Of a stretch of 64,000 bases of DNA, positions 18,750-28,966 are shown one piece after another. The stretch comes from a bacterium (GTDB lineage Bacteria; Patescibacteriota; Minisyncoccia; Moranbacterales; UBA9337). Each line of letters begins with the position of its first letter. Position 1 is the stretch's first letter. Where the stretch lies: positions 1,235 to 65,234 of the forward strand of contig JAGGSH010000012.1 of NCBI GenBank assembly GCA_021159185.1, given 5' to 3'. Position numbers and translations under genes: made by a program. The notes under the pieces are model-generated. The model searched no databases. It worked only from the letters and a program-made list of their open reading frames with translations, and had not been told where the DNA came from.

Positions 18750-18777
18750 ATACTAACAAGTATTAAAATTTTGTCAA
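18750..18777 (-). promoter_or_regulatory. Sigma70-like promoter for the infA operon
   Basis: TTGACA-N16-TAGTAT with extended TG. Confidence 0.5.
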
Positions 18778-19590
18778 ATAAAATTGGTTGCAGCGATAGC
18801 GGGAAGAATTAATAAGCGTAAATATATTCAAAATAATAGATAAGACCAATATTATTGGCAGAATAACCCATGCCATGCCACTTAATATATTCCGATTATC
18901 ATTTAAGCTTCCCCTTACTATAATCATTTCTTTACTTTCTTCTTCATCATTTTTCACTTGAGCAATTATTTCTCTAGCTTCGGGATTGTTGCTTGCGTTG
19001 AATTCAACAGTTTCATAAATTAAACTATCCGATTCGCTTTTAGCGTTACTTTTAATTTCACCTGTTTGCGATAATACAATTGCGCCTGCCTCGCGCGCGC
19101 CAAATATCTGAACCGTTACAACAGCTTCTTTTCCATTGATATTTCCTTTTTTAACCGCCACTCCTATTTCTTTATAATTAGAATTGATAATATTTTTGCG
19201 GTGCTCCAAACTTTCCATCCAAGCCTTGTGCTGATTTTCAGCGCTGGAAAAATTTATAGCCAGATTTTCTCCCGCGTATATGTAGTCGTATTCGTTCTTC
19301 TCGATCCAATGCCAAGGAGTTAATCCGTTGGGAGAAGTATGGGCAAAATAATTATTACTTATCATATCTTCGGATTTTTCTTGAGCAGCCCGTGAAAGCT
19401 GATAATTTTCCGTTAAAATATCCAGCCCTATGGATTTTCTTTCCTTATTTACTAGTTCAATAACATTTTCAGCTGTTATTTCTTTCGCCCAAACTATCTG
19501 ACTGTTCGCGAATAATCCCAAAAACAGCCCGCTTGTTAACAGCGCTAGCGATAGTATTTTTTTACTTTTATTGATATTCTTGGCTTTCAT
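18763..19590 (-). CDS. CAP/SCP domain protein with C-terminal TM
   Basis: VNKER, YFAHTSP, AGENLA, WMESLEHRKNI. Confidence 0.9.
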   Translation of the reverse strand: MKAKNINKSKKILSLALLTSGLFLGLFANSQIVWAKEITAENVIELVNKERKSIGLDILTENYQLSRAAQEKSEDMISNNYFAHTSPNGLTPWHWIEKNEYDYIYAGENLAINFSSAENQHKAWMESLEHRKNIINSNYKEIGVAVKKGNINGKEAVVTVQIFGAREAGAIVLSQTGEIKSNAKSESDSLIYETVEFNASNNPEAREIIAQVKNDEEESKEMIIVRGSLNDNRNILSGMAWVILPIILVLSIILNIFTLINSSRYRCNQFYLTKF

Positions 19591-19731
19591 AAGCTGTTTT
19601 TAAATACAAAAAAGGCGTCTCACCCATTTGAAACACCCTTGCTTTATTTTCTTCACTATATTCATTATATCTTATTTAAAACAAAAAGTCAAGCTTTGCG
19701 CCTTAATTTAATTTACGCTAGTATTACAGTT

Positions 19732-21330
19732 ATGGATAGTGCAAGAAGAAAAGTTTTGTCTCGGCAAGAAAAATATCATACTCCGCCGGTTTCTAAATTT
19801 TCTCCCCCTAAAAGAAACGGGGGAAGAAAAATTTGGATTAAAATTTTAAGTGGCATTTTTTTGCTGGCGACTTTTTTGTTTTTAAGTGGCGGCGCATATT
19901 TTGTTTGGAAAATTTGCTCCGTCAGCCAAAAGATTACGGTTGAGAATACTGAAAATAAAAAACCGGTGTCTTTAATAAAAAATGTCCATTCTATTATCGC
20001 CCCTATCGCTAATCCCAAAAAAAATCTCAAGCCTCTGGTGGGCGAAAAAGAAGGAAGAATTAATATCTTGCTCTTAGGGATCGCCGGAGAAAAAAACCCG
20101 GGCAAAAATTTGACCGACACTATAATGATAATGAGCGTAAATACTGACTCCAAGAAAGCGGCTTTACTCTCCCTGCCACGCGATTTTTACGCCAATATTC
20201 CCGGCGCGAACCGCCGGACTAAAATAAATTCCATTTACCAATACGGCCTGGACAACGACGCGGGAATAAATCCCGTTAAAAAGGCGGTAGAAAATATTAC
20301 CAATCTTAAAATCCATTATTTTTTAGTTATGGACTTTGAGGGATTTAAAAAAATCATAAACGATATCGGAGGAATTAATGTTTCCGTGGAAAAAGATATT
20401 TACGATCCCCGCTACCCGGGACCGAATTACAGCTACGAAACTTTTGAGATTAAAAAAGGGCTGCATAAAATGGACGGGGAAACAGCCCTTAAATACGCCC
20501 GCGAACGCCACAGTGATTCGGAAGGAGATTTTGGAAGAGCCAAAAGACAGCAAAAAGTGATTCAAGCCGTGAAAAACAAAATCTTCTCGCTTAGGACATT
20601 TTTAAATATTTTCACTCTTAATAAATTATTGGATGCTTTGGGGGGGAATATGAAAACCAACATTCAGCTGGACGAAATTGAAAGTTTTATAAACTTAAGC
20701 CGGCAAGTGGACAGCCAAAACATCACTACCGCCGTGGTGGACGCGTGGAAAAAAGACAGCCTGCTTAAAGTTTCCCACATCTTCTATGAAAACAAGCGAA
20801 TCTTTATTTTAATCCCCCGCGTGGGAAATTACAGCGAAATTCAAGATTTGGCGCAGAACATTTTTGATCTTGACATTATTCGCCGAAGGCAAGCGGAAAT
20901 TAAAAAAGAAGAAGCCAACATTGCTATCATCAACCAAAGCTCCGATTATAGCCTAGTTTTTAAAATAAAGAATCTCCTGGAAAAAGATTTGGGTTTTAAA
21001 AAAGCGGCGATTTTAAAAAGCGCAAGCGATGAAACGCGAAATCAAAGCGTCGCGATTGATCTAACTTTAGGCGAAAAGCCTTTCAGTCTGGATGAGATTA
21101 TAAAAAGACTGCCGGCGAAACTTGGGAATAATAGTGAAAGTGATATAATGGATTTATCCGCCAGCCTCCTTCCCTCTTTGGGAAAAGGTTGGAATGAGAA
21201 ATATGATTTTATAATCCTTCTTGGTGAAGATTTGGAAAAAATCTATTCTTTTGAAGAAGACTCGCTGGAAGATTTAAATAATACGGAATATAAACAGATG
21301 TATTTCAATCTATTAAATAGTAATAATTAA
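19732..21330 (+). CDS. LCP (LytR-CpsA-Psr) family protein
   Basis: INILLLG, TDTIMI, SLPRD, ARERH, DFGRAKRQQ; start at ATG inferred. Confidence 0.9.
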   Translation: MDSARRKVLSRQEKYHTPPVSKFSPPKRNGGRKIWIKILSGIFLLATFLFLSGGAYFVWKICSVSQKITVENTENKKPVSLIKNVHSIIAPIANPKKNLKPLVGEKEGRINILLLGIAGEKNPGKNLTDTIMIMSVNTDSKKAALLSLPRDFYANIPGANRRTKINSIYQYGLDNDAGINPVKKAVENITNLKIHYFLVMDFEGFKKIINDIGGINVSVEKDIYDPRYPGPNYSYETFEIKKGLHKMDGETALKYARERHSDSEGDFGRAKRQQKVIQAVKNKIFSLRTFLNIFTLNKLLDALGGNMKTNIQLDEIESFINLSRQVDSQNITTAVVDAWKKDSLLKVSHIFYENKRIFILIPRVGNYSEIQDLAQNIFDLDIIRRRQAEIKKEEANIAIINQSSDYSLVFKIKNLLEKDLGFKKAAILKSASDETRNQSVAIDLTLGEKPFSLDEIIKRLPAKLGNNSESDIMDLSASLLPSLGKGWNEKYDFIILLGEDLEKIYSFEEDSLEDLNNTEYKQMYFNLLNSNN

Positions 21331-21340
21331 ATTCGCGTTA

Positions 21341-21471
21341 AAATTTCAAATTCAAAATTCTAAATCTTAAATAATATCAAAACACAAAATCCAAATGTCT
21401 AAAACAGTTTTGAATTTGTAATTTTGGCAATTGAAATTTATTTGAGATTTGGCGCTTTGGATTTTGGATCT
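21341..21471. repeat. Family H heptamer hairpin (empty)
   Basis: aaatttcaaattcaaaattctaaatc...ttgagatttggcgctttggattttggat. Confidence 0.8.
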
Positions 21472-21511
21472 AATCCTTACTTCATAATACTTTATACTTT
21501 ATACTTAATAC

Positions 21512-22057
21512 ATGCTACTAATCATAGGTTTAGGCAATCCCGGAGAAGAATATAAAAAAACCAGGCACAATGCCGGGTTTATTATAATTGATGAACTGCG
21601 AAAAAAATGGAATCTCCCGGAATTCAAATTCAACAAAAAATTCAACGCCGAAGTTTCCAAAAAAAGTTGTGGGTTGTGGGTTATGGGTTGTGGGTTATTA
21701 TTAGTCAAGCCTCAATCTTTTATGAACCGCTCCGGTGAAGCTGTCCGTAAAATTATGGATTATTACAAATTAACTCCTAAAAATATCATTGTCATTCACG
21801 ATGATCTGGACATAGAAATCGGAAAATATAAAATCTCTGCCAATTCATCTTCCGCCGGACATAAAGGCGTCCAGTCTATCATTGACAATCTCGGAACGCA
21901 AAAATTTAAAAGAATCAGAATTGGCGTGGAAAAAGCCGGCGGAAGAAAAAACCGTGGAAAAATTTCAGGAAACGACTTTGTTTTGCAAGATTTTGAGGAA
22001 GAGGAAATTGAGAAAGTAAGAAAAATGGTGGGAGATATTAAAAAAGAAATAAAATAA
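21512..22057 (+). CDS. pth: Peptidyl-tRNA hydrolase
   Basis: GLGNPG, TRHNAGF, KPQSFMNRSG, HDDLD. Confidence 0.96.
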   Translation: MLLIIGLGNPGEEYKKTRHNAGFIIIDELRKKWNLPEFKFNKKFNAEVSKKSCGLWVMGCGLLLVKPQSFMNRSGEAVRKIMDYYKLTPKNIIVIHDDLDIEIGKYKISANSSSAGHKGVQSIIDNLGTQKFKRIRIGVEKAGGRKNRGKISGNDFVLQDFEEEEIEKVRKMVGDIKKEIK

Positions 22058-22115
22058 AAAGAAGCCACTGATATCTACCAATGGCTTCGGTTTGCATAAA
22101 CACTAGAAAACAGCT

Positions 22116-22451
22116 TCACGATTTCTTTTCTTTCAGCCCTTTCAACAACTTATACCCTTTCGGAATTTCAAATGTAGCCTTCACTAGCTTTCTTATCGTG
22201 CTTTCGCCACTGAGATCATCAGACGACCAGAGACTTTTTACAACATATCGTAGCGTTAATCTTGGCTTAATCCCGTTTCGATAAGTGATACTGACTACAT
22301 TAAGAGGAATATCTAAAATCGCGACTCCATTTTCTTGTTGACCTATAACTATAAATCTATCAACTGAAGCGAATACCCTCTCGGGAATAAACTTAACCTC
22401 CTTGACTTTGTAACTTTCCTCTACAAAATGTGATGACACTGACACTGGCAT
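22116..22451 (-). CDS. Hypothetical protein
   Basis: Strong AGGAGG RBS, own promoter and structured leader, terminator at ~22056-22093. Confidence 0.6.
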   Translation of the reverse strand: MPVSVSSHFVEESYKVKEVKFIPERVFASVDRFIVIGQQENGVAILDIPLNVVSITYRNGIKPRLTLRYVVKSLWSSDDLSGESTIRKLVKATFEIPKGYKLLKGLKEKKS

Positions 22452-22660
22452 GATAATTTCCTCCTATCTTTTTCAATTTTCAAAGAATAAGTTCTACTTT
22501 TAATTTCTCTGGAATGATTTCCAGAATTCCGCCCGCAGTGGCATCCTTTTCTGAAAAATCAGAATTGAATGCGCTCAACTTACTAAGGCGAAACAAGGAG
22601 GATATTCGCCGGTTCAACTGCGGGCGGAATTCTAAAAACCAATATTTAAAATGACCCCAA

Positions 22661-22688
22661 AATGTAGCAGATTAGCAGAATTTGTCAA
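22661..22688 (-). promoter_or_regulatory. Sigma70-like promoter
   Basis: TTGACA-N16-TACATT with extended TG. Confidence 0.55.
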
Positions 22689-22716
22689 GGTTCTGTTTCT
22701 CTGATATGCTGAAACT

Positions 22717-23142
22717 ATGCAAGCGAAAAAGAAAACCGGAAAAAAAGTAAAAGCGAGAAAAGCTTCTCCGAAACTTGTTTTAAAAAAAGAAGATCAGTTT
22801 GGCGTTATTCTGGAAGATATAAATTCCAAATTTGATTATCTCGCGGAGGGTTACGATATTTTAAATTCCAAGTTTGATGCTTTGGACGCTAAGGTTGATA
22901 AAAACCACGGGGAATTCAAAGAATTTCGCGATGAAGCTAACAGTAAATTTAATACTATTCTCCAGCAGCTTTTTAATATTGACGACGAACTGCAATTCAT
23001 AAAGTCGTAAATTACGGGGTTGAGAATGGAGCTTAAAAAGAAAGCGAATTTGGACCGTTTGGAATCACTGGAAAAAAGAGTCAGGAAGTTGGAAGCCAGC
23101 AATGTAAAACTGCGCGCTTTAGCAATACAGCCCAAATCCTGA
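22717..23142 (+). pseudogene. Coiled-coil hypothetical protein interrupted by in-frame TAA at 23008-23010
   Basis: Same frame continues ITGLRMELKKKANLDRLESLEKRV to TGA at 23142. Confidence 0.6.
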
Positions 23143-23274
23143 AATCTAAAAATTTAGCATAAGTCTGGAAAACGAATTTCTAAAGTTCGTTTTTTATTTG
23201 TGCTATAATAAATTGTAGGATTCACTGGCATTATTTACAGTTTTTGAAATATTATTTTTCAAATTATAAAAATA

Positions 23275-23402
23275 AAAATCACAAATCCAAAGCACCAAAT
23301 TCCAAATAAATCATAATGCTCAAAATCCAAATATTCAAAACTGTTTTGGATTTTAAGCATTGTAATTTGTAATTTATTTGGAGCTTGTAATTTTGAATTT
23401 TT
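23275..23402. repeat. Family H heptamer hairpin (empty)
   Basis: aaatcacaaatccaaagcaccaaattccaaa...tttggagcttgtaattttgaattt. Confidence 0.8.
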
Positions 23403-23479
23403 CAAAGTTTAGGTTGTTTTCTCAAAAATTATAATTTGGAAAAATGTAAATAACACTAGATAATCTAACAAATAGCCCC

Positions 23480-24556
23480 ATGAAATACTTGAACGCCTTG
23501 AATAAAATATCGGGAGTGGGATCGCAAAAAATCAGGAAGCTGATTGGCTTTTTTGGAAGCGCGGAAAAAGCTTGGAACGCCGGCTCCCGAGAGCTTGCCA
23601 AAAGTGGTATTGAGGAAAAAATAGTCGGAAATATTTTAGCCGAAAGAGAAAAAATTAATTCCGACGAGGAATGGGAAAGGATGATAAAAGAAGATATAGA
23701 AATGATCACTGCGGAAGATGAGAATTATCCGAAGTTGCTCAAAGAAATTCCCAATCCTCCCTACTCCTTATACATAAAAGGTGAAATGAATTTTAATTCC
23801 CGCCCGATGATTACCATAGTGGGATCGCGCAAGCTTACCAGCTACGGCAAGCAAGCCGCCCGCGGTTTGGCGCGCGATTTATCCCAGGCCGGGATTACGA
23901 TTGTCAGCGGAATGGCTTTGGGAATTGATGCCGCCGCCCATCGCGGAGCGCTGGACACTAAAGGAAAAACTATCGCCGTTTTGGGAAGCGGGCTGGATGA
24001 CAGAAATATCGGTCCGCAGACAAATTTCAATTTATCCAGAGAAATAATTTTTTCCGGAGCGCTGGTGAGCGATTACCCTGCGGGAACTCCGGCTCTCCCA
24101 GGTTCTTTCCCCGCCCGCAATCGCATAATGGCGGGGATGGCTTTGGGAACATTAGTCATTGAATCCGCCCAGGCCAGTGGCACGCTCATCACCGCCAATT
24201 TGGCCTTGGATTTTAATCGAGAAATTTTTGCCGTCCCTGGTTCAATTTTCTCCCCTGTTTCTGAAGGAACTAACCAGCTTATAAAATCAGGCGCTAAACC
24301 GGTTACTTGCGCCAAAGATATTTTGGAAGAATTAAATATTGAAAAAATAAAAGAAGCGGAGAAAATAAAAAAGATAATTCCGGATTCCCCGGAAGAAGAA
24401 AGGATCTTAAAAATTTTGTCCGGCGAGCCACTTCATATTGACAAGATAATTAAACTCTCTAAACTGAAAACCAGCGTTGCCAGTTCCACCATCGCCATTA
24501 TGGAAATGAAAGGAATGATAAAAAATATGGGCGGGCAGAACTATATGGTGATATAA
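23480..24556 (+). CDS. dprA: DNA-processing protein DprA
   Basis: IVGSR, IVSGMALGIDAAAH, FPARNRI, C-terminal wHTH. Confidence 0.96.
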   Translation: MKYLNALNKISGVGSQKIRKLIGFFGSAEKAWNAGSRELAKSGIEEKIVGNILAEREKINSDEEWERMIKEDIEMITAEDENYPKLLKEIPNPPYSLYIKGEMNFNSRPMITIVGSRKLTSYGKQAARGLARDLSQAGITIVSGMALGIDAAAHRGALDTKGKTIAVLGSGLDDRNIGPQTNFNLSREIIFSGALVSDYPAGTPALPGSFPARNRIMAGMALGTLVIESAQASGTLITANLALDFNREIFAVPGSIFSPVSEGTNQLIKSGAKPVTCAKDILEELNIEKIKEAEKIKKIIPDSPEEERILKILSGEPLHIDKIIKLSKLKTSVASSTIAIMEMKGMIKNMGGQNYMVI

Positions 24557-24576
24557 TTTCAAAATCTAAAATCCAA

Positions 24577-24957
24577 ATGCCAAATCAAACTCAAAATCCA
24601 AAAAACAAAAAATACGATCTTGAAGAAAGAACGGCTATTTTTGGAGAAAATACAATAAAGTTTGTAAAAACTTTGCAAAATAATAATATAAACAAACCAA
24701 TTATATCCCAGCTAATACGATCAGCAACTAGTGTGGGCGCTAATTACTGTGAGGCAGACGGAGCGGAGTCAAAAAAAGATTTTCAGCACAAAATTGCGCT
24801 TTGTAAAAAAGAAGGGAAGGAAACGAAATATTGGTTTCGGATGCTCTCCGTGGTAAATCCTGAACAAAAAGAAAAATGTAGAGAATTATGGAAAGAAACT
24901 CATGAGCTAGTTTTAATTTTTTCTAAGATAATAAACAACTCTAAAAAGAAAAAATAA
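24577..24957 (+). CDS. Four-helix-bundle protein (IVP/bAvd-like fold family) flanked by family H arrays
   Basis: DLEERT, QLIRSATSVGANYCEA, KEGKETKYW. Confidence 0.88.
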   Translation: MPNQTQNPKNKKYDLEERTAIFGENTIKFVKTLQNNNINKPIISQLIRSATSVGANYCEADGAESKKDFQHKIALCKKEGKETKYWFRMLSVVNPEQKEKCRELWKETHELVLIFSKIINNSKKKK

Positions 24958-25072
24958 TTTTGGGTTTTATTATTTGGATTTGATTTGAAATTTGAATTTT
25001 GTAATTTAGGTTTAAAAATCTTAAAAACATCCTTTTACAATCTAAAAAATTACACGCTAATAAAAAACGATT

Positions 25073-27334
25073 ATGAACCTAGTAATAGTAGAGTCTCCCA
25101 CCAAAGCCAAGACTATTTCAAAATTTTTGGGCAAAGATTATGTCGTGAAATCTTCTTACGGACATGTTCGCGATCTGCCTAAAAATAAAATGGGTATTGA
25201 TATTAAAAATAATTTCAAGCCTGATTATGTTATTCCCGACAAAGCTAAGGAAAAAGTGGACGAGCTTAAAAAAATTTCCCAGAAATCCGACGAAATAATA
25301 TTAGCTACTGATGAAGACCGCGAAGGAGAAGCTATCGCTTGGCATCTTGTCTCTGCTTTAGAATTAAAAAAATTAAAATCAAAGAAAATTAAAAGGATAG
25401 TATTCCACGAAATAACTAAAAACGCTCTGGAAAAAGCGATGAAAAATACCAGAGAAGTTGACATTAATCTGGTCAACGCCCAGCAAGCCAGAAGAATTTT
25501 GGACCGGCTGGTTGGTTATGAATTGTCGCCGTTTCTTTGGAAAAAAATAAGACGCGGACTTTCAGCCGGAAGAGTCCAATCCATTGCTTTGCGTTTTATC
25601 GCAGAGCGCGAAAGGGAAATTGAAAAATTTAATAAAGAAGAATATTGGACAATCTCCGCTCAACTTAAAAAAGAAAATACAGAAGATAAAAATGGATTTG
25701 AAGCAGGTTTAATCAAGAAAAATGATAATAAAATAGAAGAAGTTATAACTTTAAAACTTTTTGCGGGAAATTATAAAACTAAAAAAACTATCATTGCCGA
25801 TAAGAAATCGGCTGATCATATCGCGACCGAATTAAAAAACGCTCGCTATAAAATTAAAGATATTGCCAAAAGGGAAATTAAACGAACACCGCCGCCACCG
25901 TTTACCACTTCCACTCTTCAACAAACGGCCATCAGCGCTTTGGGATTTTCTTCAAAGCAAACAATGATGATCGCCCAAAAATTATATGAGAAAGGTTTCA
26001 TCACTTATATGCGAACTGACAGCCTTAATATGTCAATGGAATCAATGCTGTCTGCCAAAAAAATAATCGGAAAATTATTCGGCGAAGAATACGCTTTGGA
26101 AAATCCAAGATTTTTTAAAACTAAATCCAAAGGGGCGCAGGAAGCTCACGAAGCCATCCGCCCTTCCCATCCTGAAAAAACTCCCGACGAGCTCAGAAAA
26201 TCACTGGATCCCAAACAATATAAATTATACAAACTTATCTGGAGCAGAATGATAGCTTGCCAAATGCAACCAGCTGTTTTAAATTCAGTCAAGGTGATTA
26301 TTGAAGCTACTCCTAAAAAATCAAAGAATAATTATTCACTTCAAGCTAACGGATCTACCGTAAAATTTGACGGATTTTTGAAAGTTTACGGCGCGAAATA
26401 TTCAGCCAAAGAAAAACTTTTACCGCTATTGGAAATAGATGAACTTTTGAAATTAATCAGTTTGAATCCCGAGCAGAAATTTACTTCTCCCCCGCCTCGC
26501 TACAGTGAAGCAGCATTAGTCAAGATTTTGGAAGAACACGGAATCGGCCGCCCTTCAACTTACGCGCCGACTATTTCCACTATCATTGAAAGAGAGTATG
26601 TGGAAAAAAATGAAGAGAGAAAACTTTATCCTTTGGAAATCGGGCTTTTGGTAAATGATTTGCTGGTTAAGCATTTTGCCGATATCGTCAATCCTGAATT
26701 TACCGCTGAAATGGAAAACGATATGGATAAAATAGCTGTTAAAAAAAGGGAGTGGACTTCCGTAATTGGAAATTTCTATAAACCTTTCCATGAAAATTTA
26801 GTAAAGAAAACTGAGAAAGTTAAAAAAGAAGACTTAGTTGAAAAAGTTGGGCGAAAATGCAAGAAGTGCGGAGGAGATTTAGTGGTAAAATTCGGCCGTT
26901 TCGGAAAATTTATCGCTTGTTCAAATTATCCCGAATGCAAATATACCGAAAAAAACGAAGCGGATAAAAAAATTGAGAAAGAAAATAAGGGAGTGAAATG
27001 CGAAAAATGCGGAGCCAATATGATTGTCAAATACGGAAAATTCGGCGCTTTTTTGGGATGTTCCAATTATCCCAAGTGCAAAAATATCCAAAGGATTGAA
27101 AACAAGATAGGAATAAAATGCCCCAAGTGCGGAAAGGGAGAAATAGTGGAAAAGAAAACAAAAAAAGGTAGAATTTTTTACGCTTGCAATCGCTGGCCCG
27201 AATGCGACTTCGCTCTCTGGCAAAAACCCACCGGAGAAAAATGCCCCCGCTGCCAGTCCCCCCTCGTTTTTGCCGCTAAAGGAAAAATCAAATGCTCCAA
27301 CAAAGAATGCGGGTTTGAGAAAAATATAAATTAA
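25073..27334 (+). CDS. topA: DNA topoisomerase I with C-terminal zinc ribbons
   Basis: IVESPTKAK, ATDEDREGE, SAGRVQS, ITYMRTD, repeated C4 motifs. Confidence 0.97.
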   Translation: MNLVIVESPTKAKTISKFLGKDYVVKSSYGHVRDLPKNKMGIDIKNNFKPDYVIPDKAKEKVDELKKISQKSDEIILATDEDREGEAIAWHLVSALELKKLKSKKIKRIVFHEITKNALEKAMKNTREVDINLVNAQQARRILDRLVGYELSPFLWKKIRRGLSAGRVQSIALRFIAEREREIEKFNKEEYWTISAQLKKENTEDKNGFEAGLIKKNDNKIEEVITLKLFAGNYKTKKTIIADKKSADHIATELKNARYKIKDIAKREIKRTPPPPFTTSTLQQTAISALGFSSKQTMMIAQKLYEKGFITYMRTDSLNMSMESMLSAKKIIGKLFGEEYALENPRFFKTKSKGAQEAHEAIRPSHPEKTPDELRKSLDPKQYKLYKLIWSRMIACQMQPAVLNSVKVIIEATPKKSKNNYSLQANGSTVKFDGFLKVYGAKYSAKEKLLPLLEIDELLKLISLNPEQKFTSPPPRYSEAALVKILEEHGIGRPSTYAPTISTIIEREYVEKNEERKLYPLEIGLLVNDLLVKHFADIVNPEFTAEMENDMDKIAVKKREWTSVIGNFYKPFHENLVKKTEKVKKEDLVEKVGRKCKKCGGDLVVKFGRFGKFIACSNYPECKYTEKNEADKKIEKENKGVKCEKCGANMIVKYGKFGAFLGCSNYPKCKNIQRIENKIGIKCPKCGKGEIVEKKTKKGRIFYACNRWPECDFALWQKPTGEKCPRCQSPLVFAAKGKIKCSNKECGFEKNIN

Positions 27335-27385
27335 AAACCAATCTTTACTTTTAAGATTTGATTTTTGATTTTTGATTTTTTAAAT

Positions 27386-28870
27386 ATGCTCACTTTAGAA
27401 GACATTTTCAAATCTTTTAAGCTTCCTCTGACGGAAAAACGCAAAAAGCTTATTGCGGAAGCGTATGAATTTGCCGAAAGCGCCCACGACGGACAAAAAA
27501 GGAAATCTGGAGAAAATTATATCCAACACTCCATTGCCACGGCAATAACCTTGGCTAAGATCGGCATGGGATCAAAAACCGTCGCCGCCGGATTATTGCA
27601 TGACGTTCCCGAAGATACCGCCGTAACGCTTTCGGAGCTGGAAAAAAATTTTGGGAAAGAAATCGCCAACATTATAGATGGGATAACTAAGCTGGGGAAA
27701 ATAAAATTAAGAGCTTCCCGAGAAGAATATTTTTTGGAAAATTTGCGCAAGATGTTCTTGGCCATGGCGGCGGACATAAGAGTAGTTATCATTAAGCTGG
27801 CCGACCGCCTTCACAATATGCGCACTCTGCGATATCTCCCGCCGGAAAAGCAGCAACGCATTGCCCGTGAAACCATGGAAATCTACGTGCCTATCGCCAA
27901 TCGGCTGGGTATTGGAGAAATTAAAGAACAACTGGAAGACCTAGCCCTTCAGTATCTTAATCCCAGAGATTATGAAAATGTGAAAAAATTAAGAACTGAA
28001 AATTATCAAAAAGGAGAAAAATATTTGAAACAAGCTATTAAAGAACTAAAGAAAGAGCTGAAGAAATCCGGAGTGCCGGTAATTGATATTTACGGGAGAG
28101 CCAAACATCTTTATAGTTTGTCTTTGAAACTCAAGCGTTACGATATGGACATTGCCAGAATATACGATCTGGTGGCTGTCCGTATAATTGTTCCCGAAGT
28201 TGCCGACTGCTACGAAGCGCTGGGAATTGTCCATAAAAAATATCATCCCATGGTAGGCCGCATTAAAGATTACATTTCCCTCCCTAAATCCAACGGCTAC
28301 CAATCCATTCACACCACCATTTTCGGTCCCGATGGAAAAATACTGGAAGTCCAGATCCGCACCCAGAAAATGCACGATGAAGCCGAATTTGGAATCGCCG
28401 CCCATTGGATTTACAGCGAAAGAGAAAAAATGGGATGGAAAAAATTTATTTTTAAGCCGCATGGAGACAAAGTTCCGAAGAAAGAACTGGAATGGGTACG
28501 GCAGTTGCGGGACTGGCAAAAAGAAATCGGGCGAGACGATGAAGAGTTTGTGGAAGGATTAAAAATTGATTTTTTCAAAAACCACATTTTTGCTTTTACG
28601 CCTTTGGGTGATATTATTGATCTTCCCGAGGAAGCCACTCCCATTGATTTTGCTTACGCTATTCACAGCGAAGTGGGAAATAACGCCACCGGAGCTAAAG
28701 CCGATGGAAAAATTGTTACACTGGATCATCAAATTAAAAACGGGCAGGTAATTGAAATTTTAACTTCTAAAGAAAATAAAACGCCCAGCCGCGACTGGCT
28801 GGGATTTGTAAAAACTTCCAAAGCCAAAAGCCGCATTAAAAGAGAACTGAAAAAAGAAGAAGGGTATTAA
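27386..28870 (+). CDS. RelA/SpoT homolog (HD + synthetase + TGS; no ACT domain seen)
   Basis: AHDGQKRKSG, LLHDVPED, KLADRLHNMRT, NGYQSIHT, TPIDFAYAIH. Confidence 0.93.
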   Translation: MLTLEDIFKSFKLPLTEKRKKLIAEAYEFAESAHDGQKRKSGENYIQHSIATAITLAKIGMGSKTVAAGLLHDVPEDTAVTLSELEKNFGKEIANIIDGITKLGKIKLRASREEYFLENLRKMFLAMAADIRVVIIKLADRLHNMRTLRYLPPEKQQRIARETMEIYVPIANRLGIGEIKEQLEDLALQYLNPRDYENVKKLRTENYQKGEKYLKQAIKELKKELKKSGVPVIDIYGRAKHLYSLSLKLKRYDMDIARIYDLVAVRIIVPEVADCYEALGIVHKKYHPMVGRIKDYISLPKSNGYQSIHTTIFGPDGKILEVQIRTQKMHDEAEFGIAAHWIYSEREKMGWKKFIFKPHGDKVPKKELEWVRQLRDWQKEIGRDDEEFVEGLKIDFFKNHIFAFTPLGDIIDLPEEATPIDFAYAIHSEVGNNATGAKADGKIVTLDHQIKNGQVIEILTSKENKTPSRDWLGFVKTSKAKSRIKRELKKEEGY

Positions 28871-28966
28871 ACTCTATCTTTCTTTGCTTTCTTTAATATT
28901 TTCACAACCCCCGCTTCGCCCCGTCATCCGACAGGACTTCGCTTCGTATATTCTTTTATTTTAGGA

